From an uncultured Verrucomicrobiae bacterium (GTDB lineage: Bacteria; Verrucomicrobiota; Verrucomicrobiia; Chthoniobacterales; JAFAMB01), in assembly GCA_963762565.1 (NCBI GenBank), contig CAVXLD010000003.1, forward strand, positions 224,001 through 288,000: a stretch of DNA of 64,000 nt. Reading direction: 5' to 3'. Below, piece after piece: positions 23,590-34,801 of the stretch. The translations under genes and the position numbers were made by a program. The notes below the pieces were generated by a model, which saw nothing but the letters and a program-made list of their open reading frames with translations, made no database searches and was not told the origin of the DNA. Numbering within the stretch: the stretch's first letter is position 1; every line of letters begins with the position of its first letter.

Positions 23590-23623
23590 CGGTCTATCGC
23601 TGAACGGCAGCCTAGCCAGAGCC

Positions 23624-24460
23624 TTATCGCTCAAAAAACCCCTGTTTGGCCGCTGCTTGGCGCAATGCCTCGTACCCGTCGAGATGCGGTGATTCCCAGT
23701 GATGCAGGCCTTCGGCTTCGAGCACGACACGATGGTTTGGATTATCGTAGCTCATGCCGGATAAGGCTTCAGCGAAGTCTTTGGCTAATGACGGATCAAG
23801 ATCAGCCCGCGCCGTAAACATGCAGTGATTGAACGGCGGTGAGGTCCAGATCTCGGTGAGCGCGCCTTCGGGTACCAAGTGCTGAGCCTGGACCGTCTTC
23901 CAGAAGGGACTGCCGATGGCGCCGGCATCGGCGCGGCCATCAAGCGCAGCTCGAACAACTTCGACTTCACTTGTGCCCGTGTCACCATGTTTCCCGAGAT
24001 CACTATTGAAGCGCACCGTTTGGTAGTCCTTTCCTTCAATCAGACCTTCGCCCTCTAGAAAATAGGCTGGCAAAATGGCAGCATGACCGCTGTCGCGGCT
24101 GCCAAGAGCCAGAGTGCGATTTCTGAGATCAGCCAGCGAAGCGACCGGCCCGCCGCTGGCCGCTACGATCTTGGTGGTCCAACCGATATCGGTGTCGCGC
24201 ATTGCGATCGGCCGGCAGGATTCCTTGCTCCAGGTCTCGGCTTGAAGGTACGCCAGGTTGGTGTTCCAGGCGATGTCAATGCGCGGCGTAGGATCGCCAG
24301 GTTGGGAAAGCAGCGCGGCCACCTGCTTTTCGTAACTCTGGAAGAGGATGACCTCGACAGGCAGGTGCGCTTCTTCGTGAAAGTAACGTCGCATGCCTTC
24401 CCAGATGGTGACCACTTTGGGATCATATGCCACTGCGCCTATCCAGATTGTTCGGCTCAT
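23624..24460 (-). CDS. PhnD/SsuA-type substrate-binding-fold protein without signal peptide (Rv1680-like)
   Basis: 'IGAVAYDPKVVTIWEG', 'IDIAWNTNLA', 'MRDTD', 'GKHGDTGTSE', 'HCMF'. Confidence 0.8.
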   Translation of the reverse strand: MSRTIWIGAVAYDPKVVTIWEGMRRYFHEEAHLPVEVILFQSYEKQVAALLSQPGDPTPRIDIAWNTNLAYLQAETWSKESCRPIAMRDTDIGWTTKIVAASGGPVASLADLRNRTLALGSRDSGHAAILPAYFLEGEGLIEGKDYQTVRFNSDLGKHGDTGTSEVEVVRAALDGRADAGAIGSPFWKTVQAQHLVPEGALTEIWTSPPFNHCMFTARADLDPSLAKDFAEALSGMSYDNPNHRVVLEAEGLHHWESPHLDGYEALRQAAAKQGFFER

Positions 24461-24545
24461 AAAACGGGGGACGGAGTATTGGAGTATTGGAGTACTGCAG
24501 TGTTGGAGTACCGCAGTGTTGGAGTGCTGGGTGGAGTTTTTGCGG

Positions 24546-25691
24546 TCAGAACAGCGGGATTCCTAGAACTGCCTTTCCAATAAATTCCCGGAGGACATCA
24601 CCCGTCGGCGCCATCACGGCGCCCGCTTGAGCATCACGGAATAGCCGCTCAACATTCAGGTGTTTAGAGAAGGCTGAACCACCGCACACTCGCATGGCGG
24701 TCGAAGTGACGCCGATAGCAGTGTCGCCGCCGGCAGCTTTGGTCTCAAGCACGCGTAACATGGTCGTATCCCGCGGCCGCTCAAGATGGTCAACCAAGTC
24801 GTCGATGCGCGCGGAAAGGCCATCGGTATCGATCTGCATGGTGGCGAGCTGGGCGCGCAATGTGGGTAAGCTTTCTCCGAGTGTTTGTCCGAGATGCTCG
24901 AACCGAGCGGTCTTGAGATGCGTGGCCGTGGCTGCGACCGCGGCGCGACAGAGACCTAGGGCGACGGCCGCCGTACCCAGGCAAAACAGCGGCATTACCA
25001 CGTTTAACATGGCTGGGAAACCTTTCGCGTCGTCGGTGAGCTGGAGCTCCAAAGGGACCTCGCATCCATCGAATGTCATCGGAGCGGACGCGTTTGCGCG
25101 CAACCCCAACCCATCCCAAGCGCCCGCTATTGAAAGCCCGCGCAAACTAGCGGGAACCAGGTATAGTGTGGAATCGGTAGGACCTGTTCCTTCGGGCGCA
25201 AGCGTCGACACTACGTAACTGTGGGCGCAACCAGCGCTCGTTACCCACGACTTCTTGGCTGTGATGTAGACGCCGGCGCCGTTGCGGCGCGCGCGAGAGA
25301 TTGGCGCCCAAAAGTGACTTCGGGAGCCAGATTCGCTGAACGCGAGCGTGGACAAATGCTGGCCACCGGCGATGTCTTTAAGGGTCTGGGCAATGCCGGC
25401 TCCTGGGCGTGCCGCAGCGATGGTTGCGGTGGCACAGATATGCATCAGATACACCATTGCTACCGATGCATCGGACTCCGCCAGGGTTGCGGTAACCGCC
25501 GCAAATGCTCTCGGTCCGAGAGCTGCGCCACCAAGGTCTGCCGGTAACATCAGCCCGAGCAGCCCGGCGTTTCCCAAGGCTTCGATGGCCTCCGTTGAGA
25601 AACGACCTTCTTTATCATTTTGCCGGGCCGCCGGCGCTAGCACCCGGTTGCTTATCTCTTGAGCCTGTGAACACGCTGTTTCATGATTCAT
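24546..25691 (-). CDS. Acyl-CoA dehydrogenase family protein (Rv1679/FadE16-like)
   Basis: 'LAFSESGSRSHFWAP', 'KSWVTSAG', 'GLGLRANAS', 'ERLFRDAQAGAVMAPT'. Confidence 0.88.
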   Translation of the reverse strand: MNHETACSQAQEISNRVLAPAARQNDKEGRFSTEAIEALGNAGLLGLMLPADLGGAALGPRAFAAVTATLAESDASVAMVYLMHICATATIAAARPGAGIAQTLKDIAGGQHLSTLAFSESGSRSHFWAPISRARRNGAGVYITAKKSWVTSAGCAHSYVVSTLAPEGTGPTDSTLYLVPASLRGLSIAGAWDGLGLRANASAPMTFDGCEVPLELQLTDDAKGFPAMLNVVMPLFCLGTAAVALGLCRAAVAATATHLKTARFEHLGQTLGESLPTLRAQLATMQIDTDGLSARIDDLVDHLERPRDTTMLRVLETKAAGGDTAIGVTSTAMRVCGGSAFSKHLNVERLFRDAQAGAVMAPTGDVLREFIGKAVLGIPLF

Positions 25692-25749
25692 GATGCCTCC
25701 GTGGCGGCCACTCTATAGTGAGTTCTTTCATCAACCCAAGCAGCACTCG

Positions 25750-26900
<1,151 letters not shown>

Positions 26901-26940
26901 CACGAAAACGTAGTTCGTTTTGCGCTGAGGCGACTATTTA

Positions 26941-27627
26941 ATGAAGCAGTTTTCCCAAGCGTTCAACGTTGTCAGTCAACACCGCCTGCTCAAAGTGCTT
27001 GATGAGACCTCGCAAGAAGGGCTCGCCGGAATCGCCAACTTGCGGGATTATGCCGGGGCTGAAGTTCTCTATCACGAGGGCGAGGACGCGACGGATGTCT
27101 GGGTGGTTGTGACCGGCCAGGTGCAGCTGGTAAAGCTGACCACCAAGGGTCACGAATTCATGATCGAGTTAGCCATACCTCAAGATTTGTTCGGTGCGGT
27201 TTTCTACGCCGACTGCCCGCGGTATCCGGTGACGGCGGTTGCCTTGGAGGCGGCTAGAGTGATCCATTTTCCAATCCGGGAAATGCACGATCTCCTGGCC
27301 CGGAATCCGCGTTTCATGAAGGAAGTGTTAGCTGACACCTGTATGCGCCTTTGTCATGCCCAACACATGCGAGGTTTGACTATTGAAGATGTTCCGATGC
27401 GAATTGCGGGCGCATTGGTTTACCTCTTTGAGAAATTTGGTCCGGAGATCCCGGAAAGCAGGGTCACGTTGGCTAAATTGGCTGGTACCACGGTTGAGTC
27501 CGCGATCCGGTTTTCGCGCCAGCTGGTCGAGGCGAAAATCATCGCCACCGAGCGCGGACGCATCGAGATCCTGTCGTCGAAACGGTTGTACAAATTTGCG
27601 GCTGAAGGTTCGATAGATTCCGAATAG
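26941..27627 (+). CDS. Crp/Fnr-family regulator
   Basis: cNMP-binding-type domain 'LYHEGE..DVWVVVTGQVQL...DLFG'; HTH 'LAKLAGTTVESAIR'. Confidence 0.9.
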   Translation: MKQFSQAFNVVSQHRLLKVLDETSQEGLAGIANLRDYAGAEVLYHEGEDATDVWVVVTGQVQLVKLTTKGHEFMIELAIPQDLFGAVFYADCPRYPVTAVALEAARVIHFPIREMHDLLARNPRFMKEVLADTCMRLCHAQHMRGLTIEDVPMRIAGALVYLFEKFGPEIPESRVTLAKLAGTTVESAIRFSRQLVEAKIIATERGRIEILSSKRLYKFAAEGSIDSE

Positions 27628-27634
27628 AAAAAAT

Positions 27635-27666
27635 GGTTCTTTTATGATGGTGATCATAGAAGAACC
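27635..27666. promoter_or_regulatory. 14-bp inverted repeat with an Fnr-like core TATGAT-N4-ATCATA
   Basis: ggttcttttatgat-ggtg-atcatagaagaacc between the Crp/Fnr gene and copA; could be an operator or a hairpin. Confidence 0.5.
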
Positions 27667-27691
27667 GTAGGAGTCAGGGCTACCTTAGCTC

Positions 27692-30076
27692 ATGCAAGAG
27701 AGGCATGGGAACGACTCGGTTCGGCAAATGCCGGTTGAGGGGCACGGTCACGACGGACATCATCACGAGGGGCATCATTGCGCTCACGCCGCGCCTGTAA
27801 CTTCCGCATCGGAAACAGAAACCAAGCCCTATTATTGCCCGATGTGTCCGGGAGTCGAGTCGGAAGAACCTGGCGATTGTCCGAAGTGTGGGATGTCGCT
27901 GGAACCCAATCCCAGCTATCGCGCGTCTGCAGGTAAGGCGATTTATACCTGTCCGATGCATCCCCAGATCGAGCGGGATCATCCCGGCGATTGCCCGATC
28001 TGCGGGATGGCGCTGGAGCTCAAAACGGCCGGATTGGGTGAGAGTGGAGATTCCGAGGCCGAATCCCTGGCCGGAAAGTTTTGGCTGGGCGCGATACTTA
28101 CGGTGCCGATCCTCTTTCTTTCAGTCGGGAAGATGGTTCCGGGCTTAGGTCTCGGCCACCTGGTGCCGGCGCCGATTAACGAGTGGATTCAGCTCGCGCT
28201 GGCGACCGTGGTGGTATTCTGGTGCGGCGGCATCTTTTTCGTGCGGGCGTGGCGCTCGGTCGTCAATCGGAGCCTCAATATGTTTACGTTGATTGGGCTC
28301 GGTGTTGGGGCTGCTTATCTTTACAGCGCGATCGCGACGGTGTCGCCGGGCGTTTTCCCGGAATCGTTTAAGCATCGTGGCGAGTTGGATCTTTATTTTG
28401 AGGCTGCCGCCGTGATTACTGTGCTGGTCTTGCTTGGCCAATGGCTGGAGGCAAGGGCGCGGCGACGGACAGGTAAGGCCATCGAAGGGCTACTCGGTTT
28501 GGCCCCGAAGACGGCCCACCGTTTAACCGAGGCGGGCGTCGAAGAAGAGGTGCCGCTCGAGGCGTTGGAACCGGAGCATCTGGTTCGAGTGCGACCAGGG
28601 GAGAAGGTTCCAGTAGACGGAACGATCACCGATGGGGCGAGCTCAGTGGACGAATCCATGCTAACCGGTGAGTCGCTACCGGTTGAAAAAAACGCCGGTG
28701 ACAAAGTTATTGGCGCAACCCTGAATCAGACCGGTAGCTTTGTGATGCGGGTTGAAAAAACCGGGTCAGAGACGGTTCTCTCTCAGATCGTACAGATGGT
28801 CGCGGACGCGCAACGTAGCCGGGCGCCAATTCAAAAAGTGGCGGATCAAGTCGCAGGGTACTTTGTTCCGGCTGTCATTGCAGTCTCGATTCTCACGGCG
28901 TTGATTTGGGCGATTTGGGGTCCTCCGCCAGCGTTCGGATTCGCTGTGGTCAATGCGGTGGCCGTGCTGATCATCGCGTGTCCCTGTGCGCTTGGTCTTG
29001 CTACTCCCATGTCAATCATGGTGGGGGTGGGGCGCGGTGCGCAAGCCGGTATATTAGTAAAGAACGCTGAGGCTCTGGAAACCGCGGAAAAAATTACCCA
29101 TCTAATCGTAGACAAAACGGGTACCTTGACGGTTGGGAAACCGCAGATCACAGATTTAGTCAGTTCCGCCGGATTTGAGGAAAACGCTTTGTTGTCATTG
29201 GCGGCGGCGGTTGAGGTTCACAGCGAGCATCCGTTAGCTGGCGCGGTTGTCAGCGAGGCGAAGCAGAGAGGTATCCACCTGCGAGAAGCGGAGAAGTTCC
29301 AATCGATAACCGGGGCGGGTATCAAGGGGGTAGTAGATGATAGCGACGTGTTAGTGGGGAACCGCGACTTCTTACTAGGGAACGGAGTTAACGTTTCGGA
29401 CGAACTAACCGACCGAGCGGATCAACTGAGCGATCAGGCAAGAAGTGTGGTTTGGGTAGCGAGCGCGGGCCGAGCGGTCGGGATAATCGGGATTGCCGAT
29501 CCGGTCAAGGACACGACGGCGAGCGCAATCCAGCAGCTCCATGCTATGGGCATTACCATTGTGATGGCAACCGGCGATAATCCAAGAACGGCTCAAGTCG
29601 TTGCGCAGCGATTACGCATCGACGAGGTGCGAGCCGGCCTTAAACCGGAAGATAAACAGCGGCTGGTGCAGGAATTGAAGGCAAAAGGCGCGAAGGTAGC
29701 GGTGGCGGGCGACGGAATTAATGATGCGCCGGCTTTAGCCGCCGCGGACGTAGGTATCGCCATGGGCACCGGTACCGACGTCGCCATGCAAAACGCCGGT
29801 ATAACCTTATTGAGGGGAGATCTGAACGGGATCGCTATGGCGTTAATTCTCAGTAAGCAGGTTATGCAAAATATCCGCCAGAACTTGTTCTTCGCCTTTA
29901 TCTACAACCTGCTGGGAGTTCCGATCGCAGCGGGAATTCTTTATCCATTTGTCGGGCTTTTGCTTAACCCGATGATCGCCGGCGCGGCCATGTCCTTCAG
30001 CTCGCTATCGGTTGTGAGCAACGCGCTCCGGCTCACTAAGCTAAGTTTGGTGGGGCGAGGCTCCCGCGCGGTCTGA
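27692..30076 (+). CDS. copA: Cu(I)-translocating P1B-type ATPase
   Basis: His-rich N-terminus, two CPMxP/CPxCGM domains, [22 protein letters not shown] and MxxS motifs. Confidence 0.93.
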   Translation: MQERHGNDSVRQMPVEGHGHDGHHHEGHHCAHAAPVTSASETETKPYYCPMCPGVESEEPGDCPKCGMSLEPNPSYRASAGKAIYTCPMHPQIERDHPGDCPICGMALELKTAGLGESGDSEAESLAGKFWLGAILTVPILFLSVGKMVPGLGLGHLVPAPINEWIQLALATVVVFWCGGIFFVRAWRSVVNRSLNMFTLIGLGVGAAYLYSAIATVSPGVFPESFKHRGELDLYFEAAAVITVLVLLGQWLEARARRRTGKAIEGLLGLAPKTAHRLTEAGVEEEVPLEALEPEHLVRVRPGEKVPVDGTITDGASSVDESMLTGESLPVEKNAGDKVIGATLNQTGSFVMRVEKTGSETVLSQIVQMVADAQRSRAPIQKVADQVAGYFVPAVIAVSILTALIWAIWGPPPAFGFAVVNAVAVLIIACPCALGLATPMSIMVGVGRGAQAGILVKNAEALETAEKITHLIVDKTGTLTVGKPQITDLVSSAGFEENALLSLAAAVEVHSEHPLAGAVVSEAKQRGIHLREAEKFQSITGAGIKGVVDDSDVLVGNRDFLLGNGVNVSDELTDRADQLSDQARSVVWVASAGRAVGIIGIADPVKDTTASAIQQLHAMGITIVMATGDNPRTAQVVAQRLRIDEVRAGLKPEDKQRLVQELKAKGAKVAVAGDGINDAPALAAADVGIAMGTGTDVAMQNAGITLLRGDLNGIAMALILSKQVMQNIRQNLFFAFIYNLLGVPIAAGILYPFVGLLLNPMIAGAAMSFSSLSVVSNALRLTKLSLVGRGSRAV

Positions 30077-30339
30077 GAGCTTTTTCAGGGACTGCGGCCC
30101 GAACAAACATGAGGTATTTTCGGGTGTTGCGCCCGCCGAGCCGGACCCATGGTGTCGCTTTGATCCAAGGTTTTGCATAATACTTAGGTTCGATTATTTG
30201 GCCCGCCCTAGTTCATGATGGGCATTGCCAGGCGCTGGACCGCGGCTCGGCAATTTTTCGGCCCTTCCTGCTATAAAGAGAGACAACTTCAGGCGCCTTG
30301 CTCAGCCATTAAGGAAGATCCGGAGCCTCGCCCCACCAA
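30047..30339. repeat. MITE/REP family R1 element overlapping the copA 3' end
   Basis: TIR ttggtggggcgaggctcc...ggagcctcgccccaccaa with inner gccgagcc/ggctcggc arms. Confidence 0.75.
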
Positions 30340-30386
30340 CCCTTTGACCTGCTCCGGCTATTTCCTGTCTTAGCGTTTATGGGGCT

Positions 30387-30611
30387 TTAGCCCTGGTCTC
30401 TCGAAGCGCAACACGCCGGGCCCTGTATGGACGGGCACTTTACTGAGCCGTATGAACAGAACACGCAGCAGTCACCCGGCTTGGGGCGAAGCAGGGTGTG
30501 ACAGCTCGTGCATTCGTAAAAGAACTGGCAGGAGTCGATCGGCATGGTCTCGCGCTTCGCGAAACCGCAGATCGGACAAACTAGCTCAGACTCCAAGATG
30601 GGCGTGTTCAC
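30387..30611 (-). CDS. GDCCVxC domain-containing small protein
   Basis: 'CPICG...ETMP.DSCQFFYECTSC...PKPGDCCVFCSYGSVKCP'. Confidence 0.88.
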   Translation of the reverse strand: MNTPILESELVCPICGFAKRETMPIDSCQFFYECTSCHTLLRPKPGDCCVFCSYGSVKCPSIQGPACCASRDQG

Positions 30612-30792
30612 AGCAGATCTCGAAGATGAAATAGATGCAGATTACACAGCCCCGAACCCCGAAAGCTGTTCCCCCGGAGGTTTTCGGGGTTCGGGGGAAC
30701 ATTCTTCGGGGTAAAATTACGCGAATTATTCAGTGTAAGTAGAAGAGAGGGATAAGCCAAGGCAAAGCGATCAAGCCGAAAGCAAGTGCGGA

Positions 30793-30890
30793 CGTAATCC
30801 AAAATGCCAATCGCAAGCTCTTTATTGGGTTGTGTTGGACGCGGGACGATTCGCGATCACAAACCCGGGGGCAATAGATGCGATGAAAGG
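30793..30890. repeat. ~98-bp segment duplicated at ~35934-36032
   Basis: gtaatccaaaatgccaatcgcaagctctttattggg...gatgcgatgaaagg is near-identical at both sites. Confidence 0.85.
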
Positions 30891-30899
30891 AATAGAAGT

Positions 30900-31700
30900 G
30901 GAAGGGTAGTGAGAGGTTAAAGAGTGAGAAGAGATATGAGAGTTAAAGAATAAGTATAGCGCAGCAGAGCTGATTTTAGTAAAAAGAATGTTTTTGTTTG
31001 CGCCTGATATGGGTATCTCTAATCTGAGACGGAAAGGTAATTGGAGTAGGTTGTTGTGTTTGTTAAGGGTAAGGGTTTGATTTTTAGTAAATGTTGTTTT
31101 AGCGTTTGGTTTTTCTGGTTAAGATTGCTGTGCGATGTTGAGATGTTGAATGAGTTGCTGCGTTTGCGGATGTGCGTTTGCGAGATAAAAAACGGTGTTG
31201 AAGCGTTTGGATAAATTCAGTGCGTAGTTTCTGATGTCAGGGTGATATTGGCTCTTACGCGGCGCACTATCGCTGCGAGATGTTCGCGCTTCTATTTGCT
31301 AAGAGCATAGATGTCAGCGCTGCGGTACGAGTCGGTTATGGCAGTGAAGCTTTTAGACTCTGTAGCATCAGAGACAATGGTTAACTCATTAAAAGACACT
31401 CGTTTTTTTCAAAATAGATGTACGCTTGGTGATTGATTCGCGGTTGGAGGTTTCGGACAGACAACGGCTAATATGTTCCCGTGCGTTGAGCTAGGCCTCG
31501 CTAATTGCTGGGTCATGCTCGAGCTCGAGTAGAATGGTTTAGATATGCTGCCGCAACGATTTGCGGAGCGGCTTCGCATCTGAATGTACTGCGAAAAAGG
31601 TGACGTCTCCTGTTCTTGCTTTGACGATCGCGTCTTCGGCTAGAGCACACGTGGCACTCAGCAGTGCAAGAAAGCCGGTGGTCAATCTGGTTCTGTGCAT
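30900..31700 (-). CDS. Exported Cys-motif protein (CxAAPxIGCG), 3' part lost in garbled sequence; end approximate
   Basis: Signal 'MHRTRLTTGFLALLSATCALA'; joining frames gives 'CEAAPQI(G)CGSISKP(I)LLELEHDPAISEA(W)LN'. Confidence 0.5.
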
Positions 31701-31765
31701 AGGATGAATCGTTCTCGGTAGGCATCCTACACTCCGGAGTAGAGTACGGAGTAAGGCCGCTCTGA

Positions 31766-32140
31766 TCATTCAGCCAGGCTTTCAATAATCGGGCAAGCTT
31801 CAGGATCTCGGCGTTTCGCGCACAGAGATGTTTTAGAGAGAGCGGCCTGTATCCTCCGTAACTGTGTGAGTTTTCTTGACCGAATCTAGGTTTTCTAGAG
31901 CGAGTTTTTGAACTTGTTGGCAGTCAGAGCTGGATAGCTCGAGCAGCGCGCGAATATCCGCGAGTGAAAATCCGAGGTGCTGAGCGCGGCGGATGAAACG
32001 CAGCCGCCGCAGATCTTGATCGTTGTAAGAACGGTAGCCACCGTACGGCTTCGCAGGAAGGTCGATCAGACGATCCTTTGATAATATCGGATAGTCTCGA
32101 CATTGACGCCGACGGATCTGGCAAGCTGGCCAACGCGCAT
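31766..32140 (-). CDS. merR: MerR-family metal-responsive regulator (frameshifted, absent from the ORF track)
   Basis: Manual translation: MRVGQLARSVGVNVETIRYYQRI/LIDLPAKPYGGYRSY...RLRFIRRAQHLGFSLADIRALLEL..C....C......CPIIESLAE*. Confidence 0.8.
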
Positions 32141-32488
32141 TTGAGGGATGGAACGGATTCAGCGGAACAGCGGGTTCAATACACTAACTGGGGCAGAATA
32201 GCCAAGCGCGCAAAGACTTTTGAGAACGAGATTTCTCCAAGGCACAGCAGAAGTTGAACTTAGGCAAGTTGTGAATAAAATCATGAAAAGGGAGTCCTAT
32301 CAGTTGGAGGCGGTTCAGTACGTTTGCGCCTCGACTGGCATTGGCACATCGCTGAACCGCTTTTACGATGGGCCACCGAGACGGGTGCTCCCCGAGAAAT
32401 TCCGGCTCGGCGAGCTGCGGAGAGTCACACACTTTAAGCCAATAAACCCGAGAAAGCTGCCAGTGGTTTTCTCATGGAGTTGTAATTT

Positions 32489-33322
32489 ATGAGTGGGTCA
32501 GTGTTTTCCGCTGGTTGCTGCCAGCAGCCGTGGCCGCGCTGTTAACGATTCCACTGCAAACGGCCGCTGCGAGCTCAATGGGCGGCGGGGGCCGCGGTGG
32601 TATGGGAGGCGGGCATGGGATGGGTGGCATGGGCAGAGGGTTTGGTGGGCGAGGGATGATGATGCACAATCGCTCAGCGATGGGATCTCGTTTCTTTAGC
32701 CGCAATGGAACGAATTTTAGCCACAACGGAATGAATTTTAGCCAACGGAACGAATCATTTTGCATCGCACCAGAATCTCGCCTCTCGAAGCCATAACTTC
32801 GATCGGTTCCATAACAATCGTTTTGACCGGGACGACCGTTTTGGTCGTTTTGACAGAGACGATCGATTTGGTCGTTTTGACCGGGACGATCTCGTTTCTT
32901 CTTCAACCATCATTTCTTCGTTGGGTTTAACTTCGGCGCTTTTGGTTGGTGGCCAGGGTGGGGGTGGGGCGGACCGTGGTGGTGGGGTTGGGATGGATGG
33001 GCGTACCGTATGACTACTACGGTTACGGTTACCCGTACGGTTATGATTACTCTGCCGACTATGATGACCCACCGCCGAGCGATTCGCAGTACGGATCTAA
33101 GGAGTACTGGAGCGATCTGGCTATGTCAGTTCAAACAAACTGACCGATGACGGTTATTATCACGGGCAGATTGACGGCGTGCTCGGTTCCAGCAGTCTTG
33201 AAGCGATCCGGCAGTTTCAATCGGATCATGGGTTGTCTGCTAACGGGAAGATTGATCCCAAGTTGCTGGACGCCCTTGGCATACAGTACAACCAGCAAAA
33301 TGAACAGCAAAACGCCGGATAA
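32489..33322 (+). CDS. Secreted Gly-rich/aromatic-rich protein with C-terminal peptidoglycan-binding domain, frameshifted
   Basis: Signal peptide, GGGGRGGMGG, RFDRDDRFG repeats, GWWPGWGW, then 'GYYHGQIDGVLG...AIRQFQSDHGL...GKID' (PG_binding_1 pattern). Confidence 0.7.
32819..32891 (+). repeat. 27-bp coding tandem repeat (RFDRDDRFG, ~2.7 copies)
   Basis: cgttttgaccgggacgaccgttttggt and variants. Confidence 0.8.
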
Positions 33323-33359
33323 ACAGCAAAGGGATATCTCTTGAGGGCTATCTCTCTGT

Positions 33360-34553
33360 CTACTGCAGCAGAACGCAGTTTGGTTGGAGCAGAGGGAAGG
33401 CGATCAAGCCGATAACGGCGGTTACGGCGACGAGCAAGGGGTTACTGACTTCCACTTGAACAAAATGACGAGGCTGCCTAGAGCGATCAAGGCGGTAAGC
33501 CAGTCTCCGATGGCAATCTTACCAACAGCACACAGGCTCCTAAGATCGTGCGATGGCAGCTGCGTAAGCCCCTTTTACGAACCCTTGCACGATCAAATTG
33601 TTGCGATGTAGAGTGAGGATCGGCGCAACAAAAAGGATGAGCAGGAACGAAGGTAGGAAGATTCAGACAGTCGCAACCAACGATCCCCAAAAGCCAGCCA
33701 CCAGATAGCCGACAAACGTTGCGGTGATGACCACCGGTCCGGGACTGAGCATGCCGACCGCAACCGCGACGAAAAACTCGCGGCCGTTGAGCCAACCGGT
33801 TTGCTGGACTAGTCCTTTTTCTAGGAATGGCACGATGACCAGCCGCTGCCAAACGTGAGGCTGCCTGCTTTAAAGAAAAAAGTGAACAAGTGGCCGAGAG
33901 TGGCGGTTGCCGGCTGGCGCTACCGCGCTTATGGGGATCAGCGCGACCGCTCCCGAAGCTGGCGGCGCCTTGCGTGGTCTAAGAAAAGAACCGTAATGGA
34001 GTATCCCGATAATGCCCGCACCGACAAAGAGCACCGCCACTCCGCTCGAAAGACGATGGTGATGACAAAACAGATGGTTGCAATGACCACTGCAACCAAT
34101 CTTCCATGCCTAGCTTTGACAGTCGCCAGCATGAATGAAGGATCAGCGCGATGACGGCAGGGCTAACACCATAAAAAATAGCAGTCATCCACGATAGCCC
34201 GCCGAAATGGACATAGAGAGCAGCTAGCACGGCTACGATCAAAAAGTTAGGCAGAATGAAGGCCAGCCTCCTGCCCATGCGCCCCAGAAACCGCCGCGAA
34301 GATACGAAGCGAAAATGCCGACCGGATGGCAAGAGGTCCGGAAGGGCTTGGGAGATCGCGATTGCATCTCTCATCTCTTGCTTGGTCAGCCAACCGCGCT
34401 CCTGGAGCTCTTTTTCCATCAAGCCGCACAATGCTACCGGACCACCAAAACCAGGGTGCCTAATCGGAGAAAATAGCCAACGAGGTCGCGGATTCGGGGT
34501 GCGGGCGTTGCCGAATTTGCGGGGGCAGCGTCTCCCATAGGATCATTGTTCAT
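33360..34553 (-). CDS. chrA: Chromate efflux transporter ChrA, multiple frameshifts
   Basis: Joined frames give 'YFLRLGTL(GF)GGPVALCGLMEKEL..RGW', 'AISQ..PGPLAI', 'AFILPNFLIV', 'GVSPAVIALI' and a second CHR half downstream. Confidence 0.8.
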
Positions 34554-34565
34554 GATCTTTTGAAG

Positions 34566-34801
34566 ACAGCGCGAATCCGAAGCATCAGTTGACATAGGTA
34601 TATCGTAATGTAAGAGATGTAACGTAAACTGGAAATACTTAGGTGGACTTATATGAAGTGTCAATCATTTCTCGGCGTCATTAGTGCTGCTACGCCGGTT
34701 GCCGGCCATGAAAACTTACTCTCCATCGCCGGTGAAAGCCGGGATCCACTGGGTAAGGCTTCTCATTTCATGCCTCTTTGCGTTCCCGGCGGTCTCAAGC
34801 C
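34566..34801. repeat. chrA/yncE divergent intergenic region plus yncE 5' end, duplicated at ~36048-36290
   Basis: acagcgcgaatccgaagcatcagttgacatagg...gcggtctcaagccgcg near-identical; contains oppositely oriented TTGACA hexamers. Confidence 0.85.

Noticed and set aside
23624..24460. Phosphonate ABC transporter (phnD)
   Set aside because: No signal peptide and no phnC/phnE genes
32819..32891. CRISPR array
   Set aside because: Contiguous in-frame 27-bp units without spacers; no cas genes
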